From an uncultured Melioribacteraceae bacterium (lineage in GTDB: Bacteria > Bacteroidota > Ignavibacteria > Ignavibacteriales > SURF-24), in the NCBI GenBank assembly GCA_965365345.1, contig CBDUBH010000005.1:913-64912 (forward strand): DNA of 64,000 bases, given 5' to 3'. A program made the translations under genes and the position numbers. The notes below the pieces were generated by a model. The model was not told the DNA's origin, did not search any database, and saw nothing but the letters and a program-made list of their open reading frames with translations. Each line of letters starts with the position of its first letter. Positions within the stretch are counted from its first letter, which is position 1. Shown in pieces: positions 10,540 through 21,134 of the stretch.

Positions 10540-13215
10540 ATGAAAAATCTAATTTTAACTTTTATGTTTGTTGCTTCAACAATTCTTGCGCAGAATGAAA
10601 TTTATAAATCAAATGACTATTCAATTTACGGCGATAAAGTTATTCAGGGAAAATTTTTTGCCGAAGCAATTTCACGAAATGAAATAAGATCAAATTACAA
10701 AAGTGATTTCAAAGTCCGTACAAAAAGTTTAATCACTTTTAAATTTTCGTTAAACGGTTTGGATAACGAACGAAAACCGGGACAAGATCATACAATAAAT
10801 ATTTATTCGGAAAACGGAAAAATTGTTTCGCCTGTTTACAAATTCGGCTATGATGATCCTTTAACTTATGAAAAAGATCTTATTCCCGAATTTATAGAAA
10901 AAGAAACTGAAACAATTTTCAGAGTTGATCTGAATCATGTTTTGAAAAGTTTTAATGAAAAAGGATTTTATGAAACTTTCGATGGAAACAAAATTTCAAA
11001 AGATGAATTTGAAGGCGTTTATATTGCAGGCGCAATGGAACCACTTAATTGGGATTTTCCGAATTTAAATAAAAGCGATAATTTTAAATTAAATGATAAT
11101 GACGGGGATGGAATTTACGAGATCAAAATTAAGTTTTCTCCCGAAAAATATCCCGGAAATTTTGAAGGTGAATTCCGTATTTGGAAATTGCAAAAAGATA
11201 TTTCAAATTTTCCATCTTTAAAAACTGATAATATACTTATAGATGCGTTATATAATCTTTCTTTGGAAGAAATGCTTTTAGACATTCGTGATGACGGCGC
11301 ATTTATGGCTGGCGCAATGTGGTTCGGAGTTTGGACGCGTGACATCAGTTATTCAATTTTACTTTCACTTGCAATTGTAAATCCCGATGCATCAAAAGTC
11401 AGTTTGATGGCAAAAGTTAAAAATGGAAAAATAATTCAGGATACAGGAACAGGAGGCGCTTGGCCGGTTTCCTCAGATAGAATGACGTGGGCTTTGGCGG
11501 CATATGAAATTTATCTTGTTACAGGTGATAAAGACTGGCTGAAACAATCATTTCATATTATAAAAAATTCAATTGAAGCAGATCTGTTCACAGTTAGAGA
11601 TTTGCAAACCAAATTGTTTAAAGGCGAATCATCATTTTTGGATTGGCGCGAACAAACTTATCCGCGCTGGATGGACCCGAAAGATATTTATCAATCACTT
11701 AATTTAGGAACTAATGCCGTTCATTTCAGGACTTATCAAATTCTTTCAGAAATGGCTGAGCTTTTAGGTGAAGATAATTCCGGCTATTTACAAATAGCTT
11801 CACAAATTAAAGATGCGATGAATAAATATTTTTGGATGAACGATAAAAATTATTACGGACAATTTTTATATGGTAGAAATTTATTTTCACTTTCTCCGCG
11901 ATTTGAAGCGCTCGGAGAAGCATTAAGTATCTTATTTGAAATTTCGAATGAAGAAAACTCTAAAAAAATAATTGAAAATTCACCTGTTGGAAAATTCGGC
12001 ACGCCTTCAATTTATCCGCAAATCCCAAATATTCCTCCGTATCATAATAATTCAATGTGGCCTTTTGTTCAGGCATTTTGGAATTTAGCAGCTGTCAAAT
12101 CTGAAAATCCTGAAGCGGTAAATTTCGGGATATCCTCTATTATCAGACCTGCCGCGCTATTTTTATCAAACAAGGAAAATCTTGTTGCTTCAACCGGTGA
12201 TTATTTGGGAACTGAAATAAATTCGGATAGACAACTTTGGAGCGTTGCGGGAAATCTTGCAACAACATACAGAATTTTGTTCGGAATGAAATTTGAAAAT
12301 TCTTTTATCAGATTTTCTCCATTTATTCCGGAAGGTTACAAAGGAGTAAAAGAATTAAATAATTTTAAATACAGAAATTCCGTATTGAATATTAAGATCA
12401 ATGGTTACGGTGATAAAATAGTTTCATTTAAAATTGATGGAGTTGAAAATGAAGATCATAAATTCCCTGCTGATTTTACGGACGAACACTTGATTGAAAT
12501 TACAATGAATAATTCTTTTAAATATAAAAAAGAATTTAAAATTGTTAAAAATTATTTTTCTCCGGAAACTCCTGAACTAAAATTAGAAGATTCAAAATTA
12601 TTTTGGAATTCCGTTCCAGGTGCTGTTAAATATGACCTTTATGCGAACGGAAAAAAATTTGAAAGTATTTCTGACACTTTCAAAATAATTAACGCGCAAA
12701 ATGAATTTATTGAGTATCAAGTTTTAAGCATTGATAATAAAGGTGTTGAATCATTTTTAAGCGAGCCGGTAATTTCTGTAAATAAAGATTTCGTAAGAAT
12801 TATCGAGGCAGAAATAAGTGAAAAATCGGAAAATGAAATTTCAGGTTTCAGCGGAAACGGCTATATCTCGCTTATTGAAGATAAAAATCAAATTTTGAAT
12901 TATGAAATTGATATTGATAAAAGCGGCGATTATATAATTGATTTCAAATATTCAAACGGAAATGGGCCAATAAATACAGATAATAAATGTGCGATCAGAA
13001 CTTTAATTATAAACAGTGAAATTGAAGCACCTTTAATTATGCCTCAACGCGGAGATGGAAATTGGAATGATTGGGGATTTTCAAATTCAATTGCAGCTGA
13101 ATTGAAAAAAGGGAAAAATATATTTCAGATAATTTTTACAGATAAAAATCATAACATGAATTTTGATGAGAACAATGCTAAACTTGATTTTATAAGATTA
13201 ATATTTGCAGATTAA
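10540..13215 (+). CDS. Secreted (alpha/alpha)6 glycoside hydrolase (amylo-alpha-1,6-glucosidase/glycogen-debranching-like) with C-terminal CBM6/35-like domain
   Basis: Signal peptide, GVWTRDISYS, QDTGTGGAWP, GESSFLDWREQ, YHN..WPFV; C-terminal IIEAE...GFSGNGY...YSNG module. Confidence 0.75.
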   Translation: MKNLILTFMFVASTILAQNEIYKSNDYSIYGDKVIQGKFFAEAISRNEIRSNYKSDFKVRTKSLITFKFSLNGLDNERKPGQDHTINIYSENGKIVSPVYKFGYDDPLTYEKDLIPEFIEKETETIFRVDLNHVLKSFNEKGFYETFDGNKISKDEFEGVYIAGAMEPLNWDFPNLNKSDNFKLNDNDGDGIYEIKIKFSPEKYPGNFEGEFRIWKLQKDISNFPSLKTDNILIDALYNLSLEEMLLDIRDDGAFMAGAMWFGVWTRDISYSILLSLAIVNPDASKVSLMAKVKNGKIIQDTGTGGAWPVSSDRMTWALAAYEIYLVTGDKDWLKQSFHIIKNSIEADLFTVRDLQTKLFKGESSFLDWREQTYPRWMDPKDIYQSLNLGTNAVHFRTYQILSEMAELLGEDNSGYLQIASQIKDAMNKYFWMNDKNYYGQFLYGRNLFSLSPRFEALGEALSILFEISNEENSKKIIENSPVGKFGTPSIYPQIPNIPPYHNNSMWPFVQAFWNLAAVKSENPEAVNFGISSIIRPAALFLSNKENLVASTGDYLGTEINSDRQLWSVAGNLATTYRILFGMKFENSFIRFSPFIPEGYKGVKELNNFKYRNSVLNIKINGYGDKIVSFKIDGVENEDHKFPADFTDEHLIEITMNNSFKYKKEFKIVKNYFSPETPELKLEDSKLFWNSVPGAVKYDLYANGKKFESISDTFKIINAQNEFIEYQVLSIDNKGVESFLSEPVISVNKDFVRIIEAEISEKSENEISGFSGNGYISLIEDKNQILNYEIDIDKSGDYIIDFKYSNGNGPINTDNKCAIRTLIINSEIEAPLIMPQRGDGNWNDWGFSNSIAAELKKGKNIFQIIFTDKNHNMNFDENNAKLDFIRLIFAD

Positions 13216-13245
13216 AATTTTAGGGATGCAAAGCGCTTCCCTTTT

Positions 13246-15930
13246 TTATTTGAGCAAAAGCATTTTTTTTGATTTTACGAATTCATTAATTTGAAGTCTG
13301 TATATATAAACTCCGCTTGCGAAATGTTTTCCGTTAAATTCAACTTCATAATTTCCCTGAGAATAATTTCCGTTAATAAGATCTGAAACTTTTTCGCCCA
13401 AAATATTGAATATTTCCAAAGTTACTTTACCGCTTTCCTTTAGTTGAAATTTGATCTTTGTAACAGGATTAAAAGGATTTGGATAATTTTGATATAATTC
13501 ATAATTCATATTACTGAATTCTGATTCATTATTCAAAATATTTACCGGAACATCTCTTTCATAAATTATTTTAACTGTATCAAAATTGTTTTCGTATAAA
13601 ATTACCTGATACTCTTCCTTCATATTTGCGTTAAAATTTTTTCCATCTGTAATGAAAAATTTTCCTTCAGGGAGTTCGAACGGAGACCAATTTAAAGTTA
13701 TAGGAAAACTTTCGTCAAATTTTTTCATTGAAAGTTTCCACTCGATCTTTGCATCAAAACTGTTACGCATATCTGTCAAAGTCTGCGCTCCGTTTTCCGG
13801 TAAAATGTATCTTGCATCAAAAATACTGTCTGAATTCATCGGAAAATCAAATTCATTTAAAAACGGATCAATCCCGTTTCCGGCAGTTAAATCTTGTCCG
13901 AAAAATAAAATTATGAATCTTCCTAAATTATCTTTTTCACCAATTGAAAAATTTGTTTTCCAGACAAAAGGAGTTGGTGAATTTATTTCATGTTTCAAAA
14001 TAATTCCGTCATCGGCAACAGCCCAGCCGGTTTCTTCACTTACAAATTCAATATCATTGATGAACGCAGTAATTCCGGTATTTTCATTTTGCCAAAGCGA
14101 ATCATTTCCTGTTTGAGTTTTTATAATTCCCGAGCCGCCTGCATACCAGTTTTTTTTAGGTGAAAATTCTATTGTTTCAAGATGTTCTCCGTAACTTTCA
14201 TCATCAAGATTAAAACCTGAATAAGGCATTTCATGATCTTTGCGCTGCCATGTTATTCCGCCGTTTGTTGTATACAAAGTTATTGCACCTTCGTCCGGCG
14301 CTTCTCCGAAAATATTTACGGTTGATCCTGTAACATAACCCGTATCTTTATTTATAAATTTTACATCACTTAAATAATGCGATTCATAATACGAAGGAAA
14401 ACTTTGCTTGATCCAATCTACACCGCCGTTTTCTGTCTTGTAAATAAATCCGTTAATTGGAACAGCATCACCGTAACCAATGCTGCCAACGAACCAGCCG
14501 GTCATTTTATCAACAAAAATGATTGAATTTATTTTTGTGAAAGGAAAGGTTTGGATCTGCCAATTATTTCCGCCGTTTTCCGTTTTTAGAACAATTCCGC
14601 TATCGGCATTTCCTGTGATCCAACCGTTTTGTGAATCAAGAAAATGCATCTTTTCAAATTCAGGAAGTGAAAAAAAATTAGAAGACGCCCAATCAAATTT
14701 ATATTTCTCCCAATTATTTCCGCCATCTTTTGTTTTCAAAATTGCGGAACTATCCCCTGCTGCCCAACCGAGATTTTCATCATAAAAATAAATTGATTTA
14801 ATTTCACTTTTGATTTTTGAATTTTGAAATTCCCAATTATCTCCGCTGTCAGTTGTTTTATAAATTGTACCGTTTTTTCCGCCAATCCAACCGGATTTTT
14901 CATTGATAAATGAAAGTGAATTCATTTTTTTTCTTGCAAGAATTTTTTCACCCTTAACCGAAAAATTATTTCCGAAATCATTTGAATGAAGAATTACACC
15001 ATCATCACCAAAAATCCAAATCTGATTTTCTATTGCCTGAACCGAATTAAAATTAACGGAAAATTCAATTTGAATTTTTTGCCAGCTATCACCGGCATTT
15101 TCTGATTTTAAAATTGTTCCGTTTTTACCTGCAGCAAAAATCAGATTTTCATTTGCAAAATCAATTGAATGAATATCATCTGTACTTTCTGAAATTGCTT
15201 CATTCCAGATTTCGCCGGAATTATTTGAATATAATATTTTCCCGTTTTCTCCGGCGGCAATTCCTTTTTGCTCATCGGAGAATATTATGGAATTTACAAA
15301 AAATCCGGTTTCAATTTTTTGCCAATCATTGCCGCCGTTTTGTGTTTTAAAAATTACTCCACCGGTATTATTATTTTTTCCGCCGGCTATAAATCCCACA
15401 TTTTCATTTAAAAAATAAACCGAATTAAAATTATAATCCTGATCCAGATCAATAAAAATATCTTCGTCGGGAGTTCTTTTAATAACCGTTCCTTTATTAC
15501 CGACTATCCAGCCGTAATTCGGATCAAATAAAAAGATTGAATTCAGATCTTCATTTGTGGGAAGATTATAAATATAAAATTCATCAAACTTAAATCCGCC
15601 GCTTCCTATTGTTCCTTTTTCACCGATTGCAATTCCGTAGCCATCATAAAAAAATCTGACCGAATTTAGTTTTCTGTTTGATCTTGTTTCAAACTTTTCC
15701 CAACTGTTTCCGCCGTCAGTTGTTTTAATTAAAAGTCCGTTTTCACCAGAAGCATAGCCGATAAATTCATTCAGAAAAAAACTTCCGTAAAAAGATTCTT
15801 TATTTTCAAAATAATTAATTGGCGGTTGAACTGCCCATTGCGCCAGTGCAATTTCGGAAATAAATAAAATCAAAATGTATATATAAATTTCATTTATGTT
15901 TCTTAATTTATTAAAGACCGGAAACTTCAA
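13246..15930 (-). CDS. YCF48/BNR-repeat beta-propeller protein with T9SS-type C-terminal sorting domain
   Basis: Many KTxDGGxxW repeats; C-terminal YELYQNYPNPFNP...ASGVYIYRL...KKMLLLK. Start codon uncertain (TTG). Confidence 0.85.
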   Translation of the reverse strand: MKFPVFNKLRNINEIYIYILILFISEIALAQWAVQPPINYFENKESFYGSFFLNEFIGYASGENGLLIKTTDGGNSWEKFETRSNRKLNSVRFFYDGYGIAIGEKGTIGSGGFKFDEFYIYNLPTNEDLNSIFLFDPNYGWIVGNKGTVIKRTPDEDIFIDLDQDYNFNSVYFLNENVGFIAGGKNNNTGGVIFKTQNGGNDWQKIETGFFVNSIIFSDEQKGIAAGENGKILYSNNSGEIWNEAISESTDDIHSIDFANENLIFAAGKNGTILKSENAGDSWQKIQIEFSVNFNSVQAIENQIWIFGDDGVILHSNDFGNNFSVKGEKILARKKMNSLSFINEKSGWIGGKNGTIYKTTDSGDNWEFQNSKIKSEIKSIYFYDENLGWAAGDSSAILKTKDGGNNWEKYKFDWASSNFFSLPEFEKMHFLDSQNGWITGNADSGIVLKTENGGNNWQIQTFPFTKINSIIFVDKMTGWFVGSIGYGDAVPINGFIYKTENGGVDWIKQSFPSYYESHYLSDVKFINKDTGYVTGSTVNIFGEAPDEGAITLYTTNGGITWQRKDHEMPYSGFNLDDESYGEHLETIEFSPKKNWYAGGSGIIKTQTGNDSLWQNENTGITAFINDIEFVSEETGWAVADDGIILKHEINSPTPFVWKTNFSIGEKDNLGRFIILFFGQDLTAGNGIDPFLNEFDFPMNSDSIFDARYILPENGAQTLTDMRNSFDAKIEWKLSMKKFDESFPITLNWSPFELPEGKFFITDGKNFNANMKEEYQVILYENNFDTVKIIYERDVPVNILNNESEFSNMNYELYQNYPNPFNPVTKIKFQLKESGKVTLEIFNILGEKVSDLINGNYSQGNYEVEFNGKHFASGVYIYRLQINEFVKSKKMLLLK

Positions 15931-16069
15931 AAAGACTTTGTATTATTTTAATGATGTTCCCTATAAATAATCTTCATATAATTTTTGTCTTTTCAAAATT
16001 AAGTTTTCAGGATGAATTAATTTCGTTATTTTAATCCGTTAAATTTATTTTAAATAAGATTTGTATCAG

Positions 16070-16957
16070 ATGAAAAATATTTTGTTATACTGGAAACCTT
16101 TGCTAACGGTTTCTTTATGGGGCGCTTCATTTATCGCAACTAAAATAGTGCTTGATGAATTAAATCCGGTTGATCTAATTTTTATGAGGCTGTTCTTCGG
16201 AGTTTTATTTTTATTGGCGCTCGCAATATTTTACAAACTCGATCTTTCATTAAATAAAAAACATCACGGTAAAATTTTTATTCTGGCGCTTGTTGCAGTG
16301 TTTCATTTGTGGATTCAAGTAACGGGAATGCAATATACATCGGCTTCAAATACCGGCTGGATAATAGGCGTTTCACCGGTTTTTATGGCTCTGCTGGGAT
16401 TTATTTTCTTTAAAGAAAAAATAAGTTTGATAAATGTTTCCGGAATTTTCATTGCATTTACAGGACTTCTTCTTTTGATCAGCAAAGGAGATTTTAGTAA
16501 CGTTGATCTGCTTTCAAATAAAGGCGATTTTATGATCTTGGCAAGTGCATTTACATGGAGTATTTATTCTGCGGTAAATAAAAAAATTACGCTTAAATAT
16601 TCACCTTTGCTCACAACTTTATTTTTATTTCTGATGATGATGATCTTACTTGCGCCTTTCACATTAAGCGCCGGATTTTTCAAATCGGTTTTTCAATTAT
16701 CTTTGACCGGATGGATCTCGATTTTATTTTTGGGAATTTTTACTTCGGGAATTGCTTACGTTTTGTGGGCGCAATCACTAAAGGAAATGGATTCATCGAA
16801 AGTCGGTGCGTTCTTATATTTTGAACCTTTTGTTACTGTGTTTATTGCGTGGCTGATTCTTAATGAAGAAGTTTCATTTTTGATTTTGATCAGCGGAATA
16901 ATAATTACAATCGGAGTGATACTCGTAAATTTGAAATCTAAACTCAAAAAGTCATAA
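16070..16957 (+). CDS. DMT/EamA family transporter
   Basis: LWGASFIATK start, two EamA repeats, about 10 TM helices. ATG at 16070 preferred over TTG at 16061. Confidence 0.9.
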   Translation: MKNILLYWKPLLTVSLWGASFIATKIVLDELNPVDLIFMRLFFGVLFLLALAIFYKLDLSLNKKHHGKIFILALVAVFHLWIQVTGMQYTSASNTGWIIGVSPVFMALLGFIFFKEKISLINVSGIFIAFTGLLLLISKGDFSNVDLLSNKGDFMILASAFTWSIYSAVNKKITLKYSPLLTTLFLFLMMMILLAPFTLSAGFFKSVFQLSLTGWISILFLGIFTSGIAYVLWAQSLKEMDSSKVGAFLYFEPFVTVFIAWLILNEEVSFLILISGIIITIGVILVNLKSKLKKS

Positions 16958-17102
16958 ATAATTTTTTAAATGAAGTTTTATTCTTTCCATCATGGAATTT
17001 TAATTAAAATTTAGAATTGATTTTTAACCGTTAATTTGCAATATATTATTAAGATCGAAAATATTCGAAATATCTTTTATAACGAAAAGATCGGAATTTT
17101 AT

Positions 17103-17969
17103 ATGAGCAGTAATATTTTGATAACGGGAGCAACGGGAACTACCGGATTTGAATTGGTTGAACTTTTTGCAAATCATGATTTGAGTTTCAAAGCGCTTAT
17201 CCATGATGCCGGAAAAAAGACTAAAATTAAAAGTGAAAAAGCCGAAATTTTTATTGGTGATTTTGATAATATTGAATCCCTTGAAAAAGCATGCGAAGGA
17301 GTTGATAAAGTTTTTTTGGTTTCCCCTGTTTCAAATGAACTCGTTAAAAACGAAACAAATTTTCTAAAAGCCGCATTAAATAAGGGTGTAAAACATATTG
17401 TAAAACTTTCGGCATTCGGCGCTTCAGAAAATTCCGAAGTTTCATTCTTAAAAAGTCATGCCGAAATTGAAAATAAAATTAAAGATTCCGGAATTGCTTA
17501 TACTTTTTTAAGACCGGATTCATTTATGGAAAACTTTTTATATCACATTCAAGCAATAAGAACGTACTACACATTTAACTCATCTTTGGGAAAAGCAAAA
17601 GCAGGTTACGTTGCCGCTAAAGATATTGCCGCAGTTGCTTTTACTGTGCTTACCGAAGCCGGACACGAAAATAAAATTTACGAAATTACCGGTCCCGAAC
17701 TAGTTAATTTTCATGATGCAGCGCATATTTTATCGGATCTGCTTCAAACAAAAGTTCATTATGTTGAAGTGCCTTATGAATTTGAAAAACAAAAGATGCG
17801 TGAAAATGGATTGCCGGAATGGCTTGCAGAAGATCTGATCAGACTTAATATCAGCAAATACGAAAATGAAAATAATTATTTGACGAATACTGTTAAAGAT
17901 ATCGGCAAAAAAGATCCAGTAACTTTAAGGGAGTTTTTTATAGAACATCAGAATTCATTTAGTAATTGA
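17103..17969 (+). CDS. NmrA-like / atypical SDR NAD(P)-binding oxidoreductase
   Basis: ILITGATGTTG Rossmann motif, YTFLRP..FMEN, YEITGPE. Confidence 0.9.
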   Translation: MSSNILITGATGTTGFELVELFANHDLSFKALIHDAGKKTKIKSEKAEIFIGDFDNIESLEKACEGVDKVFLVSPVSNELVKNETNFLKAALNKGVKHIVKLSAFGASENSEVSFLKSHAEIENKIKDSGIAYTFLRPDSFMENFLYHIQAIRTYYTFNSSLGKAKAGYVAAKDIAAVAFTVLTEAGHENKIYEITGPELVNFHDAAHILSDLLQTKVHYVEVPYEFEKQKMRENGLPEWLAEDLIRLNISKYENENNYLTNTVKDIGKKDPVTLREFFIEHQNSFSN

Positions 17970-18027
17970 TTTATTAAAAAAGGTTTTGAATTACGAAATC
18001 CGTGAAGCATTGAAAATCATTTTTTTA

Positions 18028-19713
18028 TTAAGAAAGATCTTCTTTTAAATTTGTTTTAGGAATTGTAAAAAATACAGCTGTTCCCTTTTGTAATTTTGAT
18101 TCTATCCAGATTCTGCCGTTGTGCCTTTCAATTATTCTTTTGCAAATTGAAAGTCCTATTCCTGAACCCGGATATTTTTCAGGATCATTTAATTTTTGGA
18201 ACATAATAAAAATTCTTTCGTATGAATTTTCATCAACTCCTATTCCGTTATCCTGCACTTTAAAAACATATTCATTGACATTATCTTCACAGGAAATTTC
18301 AATTCTGGGATTTATATTTTCTTTCCTATATTTTATTGAATTTTCTATTAGATTTTGGAAAAGCTGTTTCATTTGTGTTTCATCGGCATTTATCACAGGC
18401 AAAGTTTCAAATTCAATTTCGGCTTTAGTTTCCAAGATCAGAATTCCGTGATCAGCAATTACGGAATCTAAAATTTCATTCAGATCAACTTCGGCAAATG
18501 GTTTTCCTCGAGAAAAGATTCTTGAATAAGTAAGAATGTCATTTATCATTCGTTGCATTCTTTTTGTGCCATCAATAATAAAATGCATAAATTCTTTTGC
18601 ATCATTATCCAAATTATTATTCAACCGTTTTTCCAAAAGTCTTGTGAAACTTACAACCATTCTCAACGGCTCCTGAAGATCATGAGAAGTAACGTAAGCA
18701 AAATCCTGCAGACTTTTATTTGTGGCTTCCAACTTTTCCAAAGCAGATTTAAGTTGCTTTTCGGTCTTTTTTCTTTCAGCAATTTCGTTGATCTTTGCTT
18801 TATAAAGTGCAGCGTTTGAAATACTGATCGAAGCAATTGCTGCAATCTCTTCCAGAAAATGCATATCTTCAAACGTAAATTTTTTAGTTTCCTTTTTTCG
18901 CGCAAGATTCATCGTTCCGATCACTTTATCTTCAAAAATAAGAGGAACAACAGCAATAGATTTTACATTGTAACTTATCAAATATTCCTTGAAGGGATTC
19001 GGAATTTGCTTTAATATATCTTCGTTTAATTCCGGGATCATCAACGAAGTTTTATTTTTGATAACATAACTGTTTAAACCTTCGTTAATACTCTGTTCAT
19101 AATGATTAAAAAATTTCCTTGCCTTGAATTTTATTTCTTCATTATAATGTGAGACCGAAGCAATTTTCAATTTCTTTTTATCAGTCGAAATTAATCTGAT
19201 AAAACAAAGAGCATCAAAATATTCTGAAACTAAGGTCGAAATTATTTTTAATACCGATGAGTAATTTAATGCGCTTGCGGCAACTGTCCGGCAAATTGTG
19301 TTAATAATTTCTATTTCTGATTTTGCTTTTGTTTCGGAGTAATCAATATTCCCGGGAGAAGATATTTTATCAAAAATAAGCAGAATATCATTAGAAGGAA
19401 TGATCTGAACGTTGTAAACATAATATTTCAAGTTGATCTCAAATCCTATAGAAGTAATTTGCGAAAAAGCTTTTTTATCGGCAGCATCAACAAGATCCTG
19501 AAATAATCCGTTTGATTTATAATTATTTAAAACCTCAGATAAATTTAATTTTTTCTTTTCGTGATGATCAATTTCAAATAAATTTGATGCGGATTTATTT
19601 AAATAAATAATTTTATAATCAATTAATTCATCTTTTTCATAAACGGATTTCAATAGTATTACGGGCTGTTTTATTGAATCAAAACCGTTGAGATTTATTT
19701 CGGTTTTTGTCAT
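18028..19713 (-). CDS. GAF-containing sensor histidine kinase (COG4251-type kinase core)
   Basis: GAF region, H-box SHDLQEPLR, N-box NLIENSIKY, G-boxes DNGIG and GSGIGL. ATG at 19713 preferred over TTG at 19728. Confidence 0.9.
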   Translation of the reverse strand: MTKTEINLNGFDSIKQPVILLKSVYEKDELIDYKIIYLNKSASNLFEIDHHEKKKLNLSEVLNNYKSNGLFQDLVDAADKKAFSQITSIGFEINLKYYVYNVQIIPSNDILLIFDKISSPGNIDYSETKAKSEIEIINTICRTVAASALNYSSVLKIISTLVSEYFDALCFIRLISTDKKKLKIASVSHYNEEIKFKARKFFNHYEQSINEGLNSYVIKNKTSLMIPELNEDILKQIPNPFKEYLISYNVKSIAVVPLIFEDKVIGTMNLARKKETKKFTFEDMHFLEEIAAIASISISNAALYKAKINEIAERKKTEKQLKSALEKLEATNKSLQDFAYVTSHDLQEPLRMVVSFTRLLEKRLNNNLDNDAKEFMHFIIDGTKRMQRMINDILTYSRIFSRGKPFAEVDLNEILDSVIADHGILILETKAEIEFETLPVINADETQMKQLFQNLIENSIKYRKENINPRIEISCEDNVNEYVFKVQDNGIGVDENSYERIFIMFQKLNDPEKYPGSGIGLSICKRIIERHNGRIWIESKLQKGTAVFFTIPKTNLKEDLS

Positions 19714-19946
19714 TATCCCTTTTATCAATTATTGCTGATTTAAGACTATAATTTATTCTACAATTTATTTAACAAAATTGAAAAGGTAAATTTTAATACT
19801 GATTTTATTGATCAAAAAGATATCCGAGTTTAGAATAATATTTTTACTTTAAATATCAATTTTATTTTCAACAAAGAAAATTTAAGTTCCCGCAAATATT
19901 TCATTCACAAGATTATAATTAAGAAAGAAAAAATTAAAAAAGATTA

Positions 19947-21008
19947 TTACTTTGCGCGAACATATTGATCAGGGAAATCAATTTCTACATTTAAAATTTT
20001 TGCGGCATTAAAGCACCAATAAGGATTTCGCAAAAATTCTCTTGCCATTAAAATCATATCGGCTTTTTCCTCTGAAAGAATTTCTTCGGCTTGAATTGGA
20101 TCAGTTATCATTCCAACAGCGCCGGTTAAAATTCCTGTTTCCTTTTTAATTTTTTCTGCAAATTGAACTTGATAACCGGGCGCGACCGGAATTTTAGCAT
20201 AAGGTAAATTTCCGCCGCTTGAACAATCAATAAGATCAATCCCGATTTCCTTTAATTTTTTTACAAGATAAATTGATTGTTCCAAATTCCATCCGTTTTC
20301 AGCCCAATCTGTTGCAGAAATTCTGACAAACAAAGGGAAATTTTCCGGTATGGAATTTTTAGCAGTTCTTGCAATTTCCAAAGCAAAACGAGTTCTGTTT
20401 TCCAAACTTCCGCCAAATTCATCTTTCCTGAAATTTGAAAAAGGTGATAAAAATTGATGAGCTAAATATCCATGCGCAAAATGAAGTTCAATTATTTCAA
20501 ATCCCGCTTCAACACTTCTAATTGCGGCTTTGCGGAAATTTTCAATTGTAATTTGAATATCTTGATTTGTCATTTCTTTTGGTTCCGGAAAATCTTCTAT
20601 AAATTTTTCCGGACTCGGCGCAATTGTTTGCCAGCCACCATTTTCAATTTTAACTTCGCCTTTACCTTTCCAAGGCGCATATGTTGATGCTTTTCTACCG
20701 GCGTGCGCTAGTTGAATTGCGGGTACGGAATTTTGCTGTTTTATAAATGTGGTAATTTTTTTGAAAGCTTCGGTTTGCTCATCATTCCAAATTCCCAGAT
20801 CATCCGGAGAAATTCTGCCTTCCGGAGAAACTGCCGTTGCTTCAGCTATTATAAGTCCCGCACCGCCAACTGCTCTCGTGCCTAAATGAACCAAATGCCA
20901 ATCATTTGGAACTCCGTTTACAGCGGAATATTGACACATCGGCGAAACTACAATTCTGTTTTTCAATCTTACATTTTTAATTTGAAGCGGAGAAAATAAT
21001 TTGCTCAT
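19947..21008 (-). CDS. namA: Old yellow enzyme NADH:flavin oxidoreductase (YqjM/NamA-like)
   Basis: RIVVSPMCQYS, QLAHAGRKAS, HFAHGYL, PGYQV. Confidence 0.9.
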   Translation of the reverse strand: MSKLFSPLQIKNVRLKNRIVVSPMCQYSAVNGVPNDWHLVHLGTRAVGGAGLIIAEATAVSPEGRISPDDLGIWNDEQTEAFKKITTFIKQQNSVPAIQLAHAGRKASTYAPWKGKGEVKIENGGWQTIAPSPEKFIEDFPEPKEMTNQDIQITIENFRKAAIRSVEAGFEIIELHFAHGYLAHQFLSPFSNFRKDEFGGSLENRTRFALEIARTAKNSIPENFPLFVRISATDWAENGWNLEQSIYLVKKLKEIGIDLIDCSSGGNLPYAKIPVAPGYQVQFAEKIKKETGILTGAVGMITDPIQAEEILSEEKADMILMAREFLRNPYWCFNAAKILNVEIDFPDQYVRAK

Positions 21009-21075
21009 TTTTTTTATTTTTTATTTATATAAATTCCAATTTACTTAAACTTACTGAAATAATTAATTTTAAAAT

Positions 21076-21107
21076 AAAAAAAGCCCTTATTTTATTAAGG
21101 GCTTTTT
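21076..21107 (-). terminator. Rho-independent terminator ending the arsM-peptide-rSAM-trxR operon
   Basis: aaaaaaagcccttattttattaagggcttttt hairpin with A/T tails, just past the stop at 21135. Confidence 0.8.
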
Positions 21108-21134
21108 GTTATGATCTCTGTTTTTCATTAGAAA

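Noticed and set aside
13652-14116. 154-aa antisense ORF, and the many other 60-145 aa overlapping ORFs in the track
   Set aside because: They lie opposite or out of frame within well-supported genes and have no recognisable motifs.
13900-15800. Repeated ccgcc/ttccgcc motifs as a DNA repeat or CRISPR array
   Set aside because: They encode the BNR/YCF48 TxDGGxxW protein repeats; there is no constant repeat-spacer structure and no cas genes.
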